Notes under the pieces: model-generated
Database searches by the model: none
Told to the model about the DNA's origin: nothing
Seen by the model: only the letters and a program-made list of their open reading frames with translations
In this document: positions 51,801 through 61,505 of the stretch, in pieces
Layout of the letters: every line of letters starts with the position of its first letter
How positions within the stretch are numbered: the first letter of the stretch is position 1
Assembly (NCBI RefSeq): GCF_008831285.2
Contig: NC_045138.2
Span: forward strand, 11,470,001 to 11,534,000
Direction of reading: 5' to 3'
From: Nymphaea colorata
Taxonomy: Eukaryota
Length of the DNA stretch: 64,000 bases
Position numbers and translations under genes: made by a program

Positions 51801-54800
51801 GTCCCTAAGATTGCGGTCGGATGGTGGTGGTGGCTGACAGCAGTGGATGCTGGTGATGGGGGTGGGTTGAATAGTATCTTATTCCAATGATGGGTGGAGT
51901 TTTTTCAAAATACCTGATGACTTTTAGCAGTTGAAGGAGTTGCTGCATTGATGACAATGATCTGGTGAAATCTGGCAAGTTCAATGACAGCTGGTGCATT
52001 TGGAAAGCAAAGGGCTGTTTGCACGACAAGGGGATTTGCTACACTCAGTTCATATTATTCAACTCGAGATCTCCGTCTGAGATATTCTTCTTCTTGTTGG
52101 ACATCAACTGGTGGATTTTCCTTACTCTTCGATGCATCAAACCTGCCATTGACATCATCCATCCTTGGTTAGCACTGCTATGGCTCGATTAATCCAACTT
52201 GGGGTCTTTTGGATCGATTTTTCCGTTTGAACTAGCCTCTCGTCTGTGTGTGCTTGTTGTTCATGAGTTCTGTCCATTAATTCGATCAGTCGAAACACGA
52301 GGCCTGTAAGTGTTTTTTGGATGCTTTGATTTTTTTTCTTTTGATTTTTCAATAGCAGGATCGTTCCTCAAGACTTCAGCCATCACGAAAATCAAGGAGG
52401 AATCCAGACTTTGATACCAATCTGATGCAGTGATTAGAGTTTCTCACCCTTGTGGAAAAAGCACCAGAAAGCAAAGAACGAAAGGGAAAACACTCGAAAA
52501 AAGGAGAAATTCAATAATGAAAGGGAATTAGAGTTTTTTCATTAACAAATTAGCCCTAAAAAAAACCATTTTAAGGGACCTGACCCTTAGTTCTGAATTG
52601 GATCTCAGGTCTAATAACTGAAAAAGCCAAACCCAAAATAACATCAATGTCTAAATAAACCAAATCTTAAGCCTAGCCTAAACAGATCTGAATTTGGGAT
52701 CTGATCTAACTCTAGACCACACTGCGTCAGAGGGACTAGTCATGATAAGCAGTCCCAAAGAAAAATGGAAACCAATAAAAATTGATGTATTAATTTTAAA
52801 GTAAACAACAAAACTGAAGCATTTCTTAGTGGAAAACTTATGATTATCAACTTATCACAAAGAACAATTAAACTGTAAGATAGCACCCATTGATGATTGA
52901 ACTTTCGACAACATAATAATAAAAATAATTCAATGTTTGAAAAAAGCAAATTAAATAAAGTAAAATTATACGGCTTATGGAAGGAGCGTGTTTACAATCT
53001 AATGTCATTGCTTTGTATGCTTAAGGATGTGTAAAATATTTTAATTTCTGAAGTACTAGTTGCTAATTTTGTAGTTCTAAAAGTCCTAATCTAAAGCCAA
53101 AATTATTAATTTATTCATTTCTTAAAAGGAATATAAATTCTGAAGATAATCAATGGTATATATAACCTTACTTGTCATGAAACTTAGTCTTACCTAATAA
53201 ATAAGAAGAAAAATTAAGAAGATCATGAAAGCAGCTAAAACTTAAAACATCACGTAAATATTCAAAGTATAATAATATATAAACTATAACCGTAACTATA
53301 AATGTAAATACATAAAAATACGTATTACTTCTAGTGAAAATTACATATAACACCAAAAAGAATGAGGGCAGATAAAGGAAGAAATAGAGAAGAAGAAAAA
53401 GAAAAATGTGTGGGCTATTGAAGAAGAAGGCTAGTGTATGGCCTAGGCATTTTAAAATGATAGGTGGCCTAGCGATGGCCAGCCTAATAAATCATCCAAT
53501 CCTAGGGGCTTAAGTGCATTTTAGTAACAGTCACTAGTATGACTTCTTGGGAGAACTTATGAGATGTATAATGTATTGGTATAGATTTGCATGTATTAGT
53601 TTATTTACAATTTTACATGGTATCAAAGCTTGAACAGATCTTGGCTGTCAGAAATCTTTAGGCTCTAGAATTTGAACTTTTTCAGCTGTTTGTCTTTAGT
53701 TGTAGAAGTTTGATTTCTTTCATATTTCTTACATGGTATTGGAACAGAGGTTGTTCATTTTGCTGTTAAAAACAGTTGGCTGTGTTTTGTCTGTCTTGTT
53801 GGAGTCTTCTTCGATATTGTGATGTCTATTTTTCCTTTTAAACTTTGCATCACACTGAATTTTGGGTTGCGAAGACAGATATTTTCTGATTATTTGTTTT
53901 GTGTTTTGCTTCGTTGGGGATTTCATTGTTTTCCTTTTTTCCAGCCATTTTGTTCTCATTTGTCCTCTGTCATGCATTGCCATCTTCTCTTCTTGTCTAA
54001 CAAAATAAAATCTGCTCAACTAAGCTATTTTGTTTCTGCTGTTTTTTTTTTTCTTCCTTGGTGTCACACCAACTATTGCTAGGCATGAAATCAGATCATA
54101 TTTTCTTAGTGCATGCCAGCCCTCCTTTATTCATCATATTTGTATAGGGCTGGTTGTCTACTTTGTATAAAGGTGTCTATACATAGGTTTTTGTAATGAA
54201 AATGAACGACCCTCTTTCTGTAGTGTGTTTTGTGTGACTTCGTTAAATCTCTTATATAGACGGAGTTTGGTACCTTCTGTGCAATTAAAAATGAGTTGGA
54301 AATGTTTACCTTAAGGAATTGGGAAAATGGAATGTCCATTGCACAATAAATTAAAAGAAAGGGGACTGACAAAAGAAATCAGGTAGACAGAGTTCCAAAC
54401 AAACTGGTTTGATGAATCAAATCAGCAAAGACAAACTTTTGGATCCTTATGAAAGGTAATATTTCGTTTTTTTTTTTCTCAATAATCATTTGACATGAGA
54501 ATTCTTAAATAGTTTTCTACTTCACTCTGATCATGATATATTTATGATTTCTGAGTGACATTAAGATGGTGGATAAATTAATTGATAGAGTATATTTAGT
54601 AGATTCCCGTTTCCATATTTGAAACTGGCTTCTTGAATGGAAGATAAAGGTTCCATTGGTTGAGTCGCTTGCCTGATTGAGGAGGCAAATTAGTCATGAA
54701 CTTTCTTGTTGAATGGCTTCTTAGACTAAGCATTCCTATATCCTGAGGTGGCACACTATCTAGAGGTTACTTTAGGTCAATATCAATATCATATTCAAAT

Positions 54801-55220
54801 TTTTTGAAGTCAGATGAGATTATAGTTCAATGTGATGATATATATATTTTTCCTTAAAAATTTCTTGTTGGCCTTTTCTCAAGTATCATTGGTTGAACTT
54901 TCTGAAATTGGATGGTGATGCAATATCTGGGTTGAAGGTGATCAATTACGTATTTTTTCTTTTGACAGATTTTAAAGTAGCGGTTCTTATTGTTCTTTTT
55001 CCACACTAATTTTTGAATATATGCAGTTGTCCTTGACACTCCACTGGACTATAGTTTGGACCACACTAATTTTTTAATATATGCAGTTGTCCTTGACACT
55101 CCACTGGACTATAGTTTGGACGACTGTATCGAGTACATTCAAGAAGATGAACTAGTGGAGGTCACCCCTTTGAGCATCCGAATGTGCAAAAATCCAAAAA
55201 TGGCAAAGAAGACAAAATAA
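12074..55220 (+). CDS. TYPA: Plastid-targeted translational GTPase TypA/BipA (SVR3-like), 14 exons, 677 aa
   Basis: Exons: 12074-12290, 13598-13710, 14366-14569, 16077-16253, 16378-16530, 16713-16802, 21318-21452, 21582-21698, 29328-29479, 29571-29655, 30029-30123, 30867-31032, 31216-31411, 55087-55220. They total 2034 nt and all phases join. Motifs: [15 protein letters not shown] (G1), [13 protein letters not shown] (G3), NKID (G4), GRGTLH, and the BipA C-terminus [13 protein letters not shown]. The N-terminus is Ser/Pro-rich and transit-peptide-like. Confidence 0.96.
13598..13710 (+). CDS. TYPA: TypA exon 2
   Basis: [48 protein letters not shown]. Confidence 0.93.
14366..14569 (+). CDS. 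TYPA: TypA exon 3
   Basis: TGCAG| VFRDNQ...[13 protein letters not shown]...[30 protein letters not shown]. Confidence 0.95.
14793..15288. repeat. Old imperfect tandem duplication (period about 255 bp) in intron 3
   Basis: CAGACCTGGAA at 14809 and 15064, GATCCATAGTGG at 14862 and 15117, and GTTGGAACTTGTCCAGC in both copies; many substitutions. Confidence 0.85.
16077..16253 (+). CDS. TYPA: TypA exon 4
   Basis: [24 protein letters not shown]...NKIDRPSAR...NATDEQ |GTATA. Confidence 0.95.
16378..16530 (+). CDS. TYPA: TypA exon 5
   Basis: [18 protein letters not shown]...DGALQML |GTTCG. Confidence 0.93.
16713..16802 (+). CDS. TYPA: TypA exon 6 (followed by a GC donor)
   Basis: [41 protein letters not shown]. 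Confidence 0.9.
18224..19760. mobile_element. Putative decayed LTR-like repeat in intron 6
   Basis: Begins TGTAAACCG and ends CAGTTCACA (imperfect inverted termini). Contains AATCCACAGGGAG, reminiscent of gypsy-type LTRs, and GGATTT-rich repeats at 19160-19500. No TSD found. Confidence 0.3.
21318..21452 (+). CDS. TYPA: TypA exon 7
   Basis: [22 protein letters not shown]...[19 protein letters not shown]. Confidence 0.94.
21582..21698 (+). CDS. TYPA: TypA exon 8
   Basis: [13 protein letters not shown]...[25 protein letters not shown]. Confidence 0.95.
21871..22379. repeat. Perfect tandem duplication (period 255 bp) in intron 8
   Basis: 21871-22124 is identical by eye to 22126-22379. Confidence 0.95.
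23635..28742 (+). mobile_element. Ty1/copia LTR retrotransposon in TypA intron 8, sense orientation (element E2)
   Basis: LTRs 23635-23912 and 28465-28742 (278 bp, 3 substitutions). TSD ATCAG at 23630-23634 and 28743-28747. PBS TGGTATCAGAG at 23913; PPT GAGGGGAG precedes 28465. Confidence 0.97.
24180..28470 (+). pseudogene. gag-pol of E2, disabled
   Basis: ATG at 24180 (MDQPTPS). Frameshifting deletion near 25005, TAA at 25972-25974, TAG at 28078-28080. RT catalytic YVDD is changed to YVDG. Confidence 0.93.
29328..29479 (+). CDS. TYPA: TypA exon 9
   Basis: [18 protein letters not shown]...[14 protein letters not shown](M) |GTGAC, phase 2. Confidence 0.95.
29571..29655 (+). CDS. TYPA: TypA exon 10
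   Basis: [38 protein letters not shown]. Confidence 0.95.
30029..30123 (+). CDS. TYPA: TypA exon 11
   Basis: [36 protein letters not shown](G) |GTACG. Confidence 0.95.
30336..30427. repeat. Compound (CA)n(TA)n microsatellite
   Basis: Seen directly in intron 11. Confidence 0.9.
30867..31032 (+). CDS. TYPA: TypA exon 12
   Basis: [65 protein letters not shown]. Confidence 0.95.
31216..31411 (+). CDS. TYPA: TypA exon 13
   Basis: [18 protein letters not shown]...[20 protein letters not shown], phase 1. Confidence 0.95.
32387..37531 (-). mobile_element. Ty1/copia LTR retrotransposon, same family as E2, antisense in intron 13 (element E3)
   Basis: LTRs 32387-32692 and 37226-37531 (306 bp, 5 substitutions). 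TSD GTCTT at 32382-32386 and 37532-37536. PBS on the - strand at 37215-37225; PPT at 32693-32701. Confidence 0.97.
32687..36933 (-). pseudogene. gag-pol of E3, disabled
   Basis: MDQSAPS... ORF 36933-34582. A frameshifting deletion lies near 34655 (it lacks the [12 protein letters not shown] segment present in E2). TAA at 34007-34009. RT YVDD is intact. Confidence 0.93.
39449..44570 (-). mobile_element. Young Ty1/copia element nested in the RT region of E4 (E5)
   Basis: Identical 164-bp LTRs at 39449-39612 and 44407-44570. TSD TAAGT at 39444-39448 and 44571-44575. PBS at 44395-44406, PPT at 39613-39621. It splits the E4 sequence [17 protein letters not shown]. Confidence 0.98.
39620..43827 (-). 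pseudogene. gag-pol of E5 with two lesions
   Basis: A 1047-aa ORF (43827-40684) ends at TAG where KQSPRAW is expected. RT/RH continue with YVDD and DADYAG. An apparent 2-bp insertion near 39675 shifts off the normal end [14 protein letters not shown]. Confidence 0.92.
48757..50337 (-). mobile_element. Truncated copia derivative with inverted LTR-derived ends (E6), inserted in the E4 leader
   Basis: TSD GCAGG at 48752-48756 and 50338-50342. Full LTR 50337-49860, PBS 49859-49848, gag fragment from ATG 49451 ([21 protein letters not shown]...), then an inverted copy of the LTR 5' part at 48757-48923. Confidence 0.9.
50753..52729 (-). mobile_element. 5' part of another LTR element (E8): LTR, PBS and decayed internal region
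   Basis: LTR-like 52423-52729 (TGATGCAGTG...CACTGCGTCA). TGGTATCAAAG PBS on the - strand at 52409-52419. No recognisable protein and no second LTR found. The left end is approximate. Confidence 0.6.
53560..53629 (+). mobile_element. LTR-end/PBS remnant
   Basis: TTTTACA|TGGTATCAAAGC at 53611-53629; no partner LTR or coding sequence found. Confidence 0.4.
55001..55120 (+). repeat. 60-bp tandem duplication spanning the last TypA splice acceptor
   Basis: 55001-55060 versus 55061-55120 show one mismatch (G55015/T55075). Confidence 0.97.
55087..55220 (+). CDS. TYPA: TypA exon 14 (last coding exon; alternative start at 55027)
   Basis: TGCAG| (V)[43 protein letters not shown] with TAA at 55218-55220. 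Confidence 0.93.
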
Positions 55221-58200
55221 CTTGTTCCATAGCACAGACTTTGGGACTGCTTCAACTCATGGTGATCTCTTCTGCTATCTTTATCAAATCTGAATCATTT
55301 CAATTTCTTAAATCTTTCTGTTGATTAAGTCTCAGTTTACTGATGTAGGTTGTTTCATTTTGAGTGGGGAGAATAGATTATGAAAGCTTCTTTTATCTCT
55401 TCCATCCTGAAGTTTATAAAGACCACTGGGAGATATAAACATAGCACACATATGACACACACACATTACAAATGTAGGTGCTTTTACTTTTTAATAAAAA
55501 TAGATGTATTGCAATTTTAAGATGGGGCCTCATTTATTGTGGTGTATATTTCATAGCTTTATTCATATGTTTTCATCTATCTGTAATAATATCAGATGTA
55601 TGTTAAAGAGTTTGTAGAATAAATACTTCAAGCTCTGCTGCTGCTGCTGCTGTGTTGGTAATAATTTGTGATCTGCTGCTTCGGGGTTCTCTACCTGAAA
55701 CCGGAGAGGGAGATTCCTCAAGTGTTCATTTTCTGTTGCAGTTCTGGGGCCAGTATAGTGGGGGTGTTAGAGTTTATCCTTGTCATGCAGAATTTACAAT
55801 TTTATATCATAACAATAACTACATATTTTAAATCTTGTACAGAGAAATGAGCCACAAAAATAAGAAAAGTCTATAAAAGTAAGCCATGAAGATCCTATGT
55901 GCTAGAGAGGGAGAGAGAGAGAGAGAGGAAATTAAACACACACAAGAAAAATGCAAGCTCATTTATGTGTAATAGGCTTCACACTTTGGAGAATGATTTC
56001 TCTTCTTCATCTCCTAAAGGGTTAAAACTCATCACAAATGAAAAAAAAAAAAAAAAACTGTTTCAAATTGAAAACCTTGATGTAATTTCAGGCTACATCA
56101 AAGAGGACGAAAAATTGAGACACTGAGTGCCCTAACCTCATCTAAAAGGGATATTTCATGCCTTGGAGCTAATGAATATTTGTGGAGTTAGGGTGAGCAA
56201 TTGTTTACTCGAACCCATGTGACAACCCAGCTAACTCCCACACCAGACTAGGATTGCCACCACACCAGAGTCTAGGATTACCACCACACCAGACTGGGGC
56301 TTTTGGTATGATAGATCTTAATCTGCTTCCTATCAGCTTCAGTTTTATTAACAAAAAGACTCATAATGTGGACAATTCATTATTTAACTATTCTCTTTAT
56401 ACATTTTTGAAAATTCCTGACAATCTTAGATACAAGAGTAAACTCTCATCTATCTCCATTAAGATACATGCATTTGTGCATGTAGGACCCAAGTCTAGTG
56501 TTGAAGAGGCATTGATACCAATTGACACAACTCGGTCCATTCTTGCATCAGGCTTGGGCTCGACTCCCTGTTTGGTAGATCTCTGCTTATCTCTTAGTAG
56601 CTTTAGTTTCAATTATAAAAAGGTTAGGAAGCAGAACAATTTACTACTTAATCATCCTTCATGGATGTTAATATATCTGATTTGGATGATATCTAATTGA
56701 ATAGTTCCAAGAAGAGGTAAAAAAAAAATCAATTAAGAAATTAGATCGGATTCGGATTTAAGAAATGGTATTCAATCAGATTTAGATTTAGATCAAATTT
56801 AGTTTTAATTAAATATCATATATCCAACACCGCTGTATTTGGAAAATTGATCAAATTTGATTCATCATTTAGATTCGGATTTAGATGTGAATGTAATGAT
56901 AAGACTCATATCAGATTTAGGATGTGAAATCAGATTTTACATTTGCATTCATATATAAGGTTTCGTCATTTGTATTCGAAACCAAACATGTGAATATCAA
57001 GAAAAATAGATATACTTAAGAGTATATCTAATTCGAATATGATCCATTGACGTCCTTGCTTATATGTCTTCAAAGATTCCTTACAAATTTCACAGGACTA
57101 AACTCTCACATAAGAGGGATTATAACATCCCAAAAGTTGAGTCTTGTATTTAATGATGAACTTATAAAGAAGGTTATTAAGTGATTGATTGTCTTGGCAA
57201 CTTGTTTATTTAAGGTTGGAACCAAAGCTATTAGGGGGTACGTTAAATTCTGTTAGATCAAGTTTAATGTAGGAGTAGGTCGGGTTATTAGATTAGCATC
57301 AAAGTACAGTTCAACACTCGGACTGTAGCATGCTTCAATACTCAAATGTGCAGTCCTATACGTGTAGGCGCATAGCTTTAAGGGAAGGGGGGAATGGCTT
57401 GTAACATGGCAAAAATATAATCTCATATATAAGATTACGAAGAATCTTGATGACTTATAAATATAGTTGTTAAGTAATTGGTTGTGCTAGTTCTTATCCT
57501 TTTTAGGGCTAGGACGAAAGCTACTAGGGAGTAGGTTGGGATCTACCAAAGTGGGGTCTAAGCCAAGTGTGGGAGCAGGTCAAGTTGTTACACCTAAATA
57601 GATTTGCACCAACCCATTGAGTAAGCATGGTGCCAAAACTTGAATTGAGTGTATTTTTGGATGAACGTGCAGGTGTTTTGAAGATAAATTTTTGGAAAAA
57701 AATTTTGGAAAACTGGGTCATTCGTTAGAAGATAAAATTTTGGAAAAAAATTTTGAAAATGGACCAACTTTTGGGAAACTAGCCCACTATCTAAAGTCTA
57801 GGTTTGAAATTGCTTTTGAAACGCGAACACACAGGTTGATTATGAAATGGCACTCTAGAAAATTTCGAGTGCAAATATTAGTTTTGCCATAGGATCTTGA
57901 CAATTCCAACCCAAAGATTAAATCTGAAATATATTTTGACCATGTCAGTTTTAAGACTGAGTTTGAGAATGAATTTTAGAGACTACTAGGCTCGAATTAA
58001 AAATAAAAATGCCAGTTTTAGGCCTTGTTCTTAGAACTTATTTTGAAAATCCTTTAATGGAAAGTTTACGCTTGTCCCTTGGTTTTGAAGTTGGCATATG
58101 TACTTTAATTTGAGGTAGTTTTGGTAGTTGTTAAGAAAAATTAGGCTTATAAAATCATAAATGCTTCCCTCGTATTTGACATTCTGGACAAAGGCAACCC

Positions 58201-59208
58201 CAATATAACTTTTTATAAAACATAAACACTTGTATAATTAAATTGGTCATAAACTATTTTGCATCTCTTAAATGCTATGGAACATCAGTTTTCTCTGACA
58301 AAACCTAATGTATAAAAGATTTATAAAATATGCAGGCTAAGCAAATATAAAGCTTGACTATGAGCAATTCAATCAACTCTAATCATGACTCACATGTCAT
58401 GTATAAATACATTTTGACATAAGTATTTTTTATTTTATAATAGACAGTAAAAGGGGCTGATACATCCATATTAAGAAAGATTCATCTCATGTCCATCAAT
58501 AACCAAAGGCTGGAGTTGGCCACGGTGAGAAAATTGATTGGCTAATTAATGACTATCTGATAAATCCAGTTAATAAGACAACAGGCATAAGTGCAAGAAA
58601 AATCATTTAAGATGTGTGTATTTTATGTGTTAAGCTAAAGTCGTTAACTACAACGTTAAAAAGCGTGTCTATAACGCCTATGAGGCTCCTTTGGCTTGTA
58701 AGTTGCTGCCTTGTTCACATACCTATAAGAGTCAGCTGGTACTTCTCTCGTTGAATCTTGAATTCAGCTTCTCCTTCAAATCCATGACATATGACTGGTA
58801 GCCTCAGGTAAAGTGCAAAAGCTAGAATAACCTAGGAAACAATTAAATATCAGTTAATGGAATCTCAAAAGGACTTGTCATCATGTACAAAAAAAAAACC
58901 ATGAAAAATATACACGCATAAACTAAATGGAAAATGGTAAAGAGAAATCATTTAACTAATTTGTGTCATAAAATTAACCCAACCCTGCATTGTAATGCGT
59001 GTTAGTTGGTTGTTTATACTTGAATGGTTTGATAGACCAGATTGCAAGAAAACAATGTAGGATGCGCTCCCAAACTGTGTAGACCTCTTCAACTTGGAGG
59101 CTTCCTAGTCAGCTGTATATAGAGCCCTTGTAGAGTACATGTATATTCAGTTGTTAGAATATCATGCATGTTGTCAATATTTTTTTAATTTTGGCACTGT
59201 ATTGATGT

Positions 59209-59240
<32 letters not shown>

Positions 59241-60814
59241 TCTTTTCTATATGTACTAAAATATTTGTAATTTCTTTAGAACATAAAAAATGTAGGCTTG
59301 TATATGAATCATGGTGTTGGTGTTGATACAATTGGATCAATGAGTTTGTTCCAGTTTCATATAAAATTGGCAAAATAACTTATATAGAGCTTGCACACAT
59401 GGAAGGTCAACAATATGAGAAGTAGGATAACGTATCCTAAAACAGCTGTTTGGTTGCAAGTTTTGCTCTATTCTTAGTTGTCAACATCTAGCAAGTGTCA
59501 TGGATTTAATATTGTAAGAAGGTGAACAATTAGTCCACTTAATTAATAACTAATGATGCATGCAGAGGTAATAAGGTTCTGGTGTTTCTGTAACAATAAA
59601 GTTTCTACAAGCATACATTCTTGGGAATTTCTTGGCAATCTTGCAGTATTTTACAAGGAATGAAACTTGGAAAAAATAGGAAAATTCCATTGTAAATGAA
59701 ATTATTGTCATTATTATTTTAAAAAGGTTTCTCTTGAGAGTACACACGATCATTTTCAAATTAATCCTTCTTACCCATCAAGTTCACTAATTTCCAAAAT
59801 TTAGCAGTCGTTTTTCTTTAAGATAAATCCTTGCTTGAGGTCAAAGTGGTCGTGCATAAATTAAGCTACCAAATTTGGTCAAGACAAATTAAAGATGACT
59901 TGAAAATAAATGAGAAAGCGTGAATGATGTGTAACTGTATTATAGAAGCATATATATAAGGCTTCTTTGGATTTTCTTCTTGAATGAAAAGTCCAAGTAT
60001 TTTGATACATAAAATCATATTTATGTACTCATCGAAAAATGACCAGAGAAACATGATTAATATACGATCACAACCAAAAAAGGTAAACAAACTGGAGAAA
60101 GCCCAACAATAGAAAATAATGAGTCCCACATGTACCTTAACTTACTAGCGAGGATATGTAATTTGTTCATTCAAGTAAATACTAGAATTCAAGAAAAATA
60201 ATTATCATTACAAGGCTATAAAAAATAACGAAGACAAGATTCCAAGACATGGAAGAAAAGTCCTTTTTCCTAATAGGAAAACTAAAACCAAAATAAACTA
60301 ATGAAGAAAGAGCATTAGACAAGAGGATACAACATAACAAGCCATTTACAGTCTGCATGGACAGCGAAAACCATGAAGACTAAGCTCAACAATCATAATC
60401 AAGCCATTTCACATCAATGTAGTCAATAGATGACATAAAAAGAAAAGGATGACAATGGTGCAAGAGTGAAGGATCTTGATTTGTTTGGCACTAATGGCTG
60501 AAGCCACCTTCTCAAAGAAACTCCTTCCAACCATTTGTCATCTCTAGACAAGTTCCCATGTTCGAACCACATTAGGGCACCAATGGGTTGACGACTTGTC
60601 TCTCAAAAACGAAAGTAATGATTGTAAAAGGCGATAAGGTGAGGAGAGGCATTGACCCTCTTGTGAGGCGTTAAAAGGGAAGGCGTTGTTGAAGCAAAAG
60701 CTTTACGGTTGAATTTGTGAATTATATAATATTTAATAAAATTGAAAAAACAACTAAAATAATAGATATATCAATAAAAAAATATAAATATAAATTTAAG
60801 TCATGTTAATAATC

Positions 60815-60818
<4 letters not shown>

Positions 60819-60867
<49 letters not shown>

Positions 60868-61193
60868 ACATGCATGCATACGACATACTAACTGTAACAA
60901 AAAACGTAAAGGTGCTATTCGCAACCGCTTTCACCGTTGGCCGATAAGAAAGTCAGTGTTGCTATTGATAGTACTGGCAACGACGTTCACCCTAGCAAAT
61001 AGCTAAGGCTAGCCACTGCCATTTGCAGTATTGGCATTCGTGTTGGCATTGAATGCCAATAGTCTAATTGGATACGTCTCTTCTAGTACTATCCACGGTA
61101 CCAGGCATTGCCAATACTCACAGTGGGACCTCTACCACCACAAATGGGATTACTCGATCTCATCAGCCAATGGCATTACTCAATCTCATCCTG

Positions 61194-61292
<99 letters not shown>

Positions 61293-61351
61293 AAATACTT
61301 ATTACAAATTTTATTATTATTATATATGTATGTATGTATATGTATGTGCAC

Positions 61352-61414
<63 letters not shown>

Positions 61415-61505
61415 AAATACTTATTACAAATTTTATTATTATTATATATGTATGTATGTATGTATATGTATGTGCACGTGTGTGTCTATATATATATATA
61501 TATAT
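60819..61505. repeat. (TA)n microsatellite cluster with an embedded 330-bp segment and a duplicated unit of about 70 bp
   Basis: (TA)n at 60819-60864, 61195-61290, 61361-61412 and about 61487-61505. The unit AGAAATACTTATTACAAATTTT...GTGTGTC occurs twice (61291, 61413). Confidence 0.85.

Noticed and set aside
12074..55220. TypA as a bacterial contaminant or recent horizontal transfer
   Set aside because: It has spliceosomal introns, a transit-peptide-like N-terminus and a plant SVR3-like sequence, so it is an ordinary nuclear gene of endosymbiotic origin.
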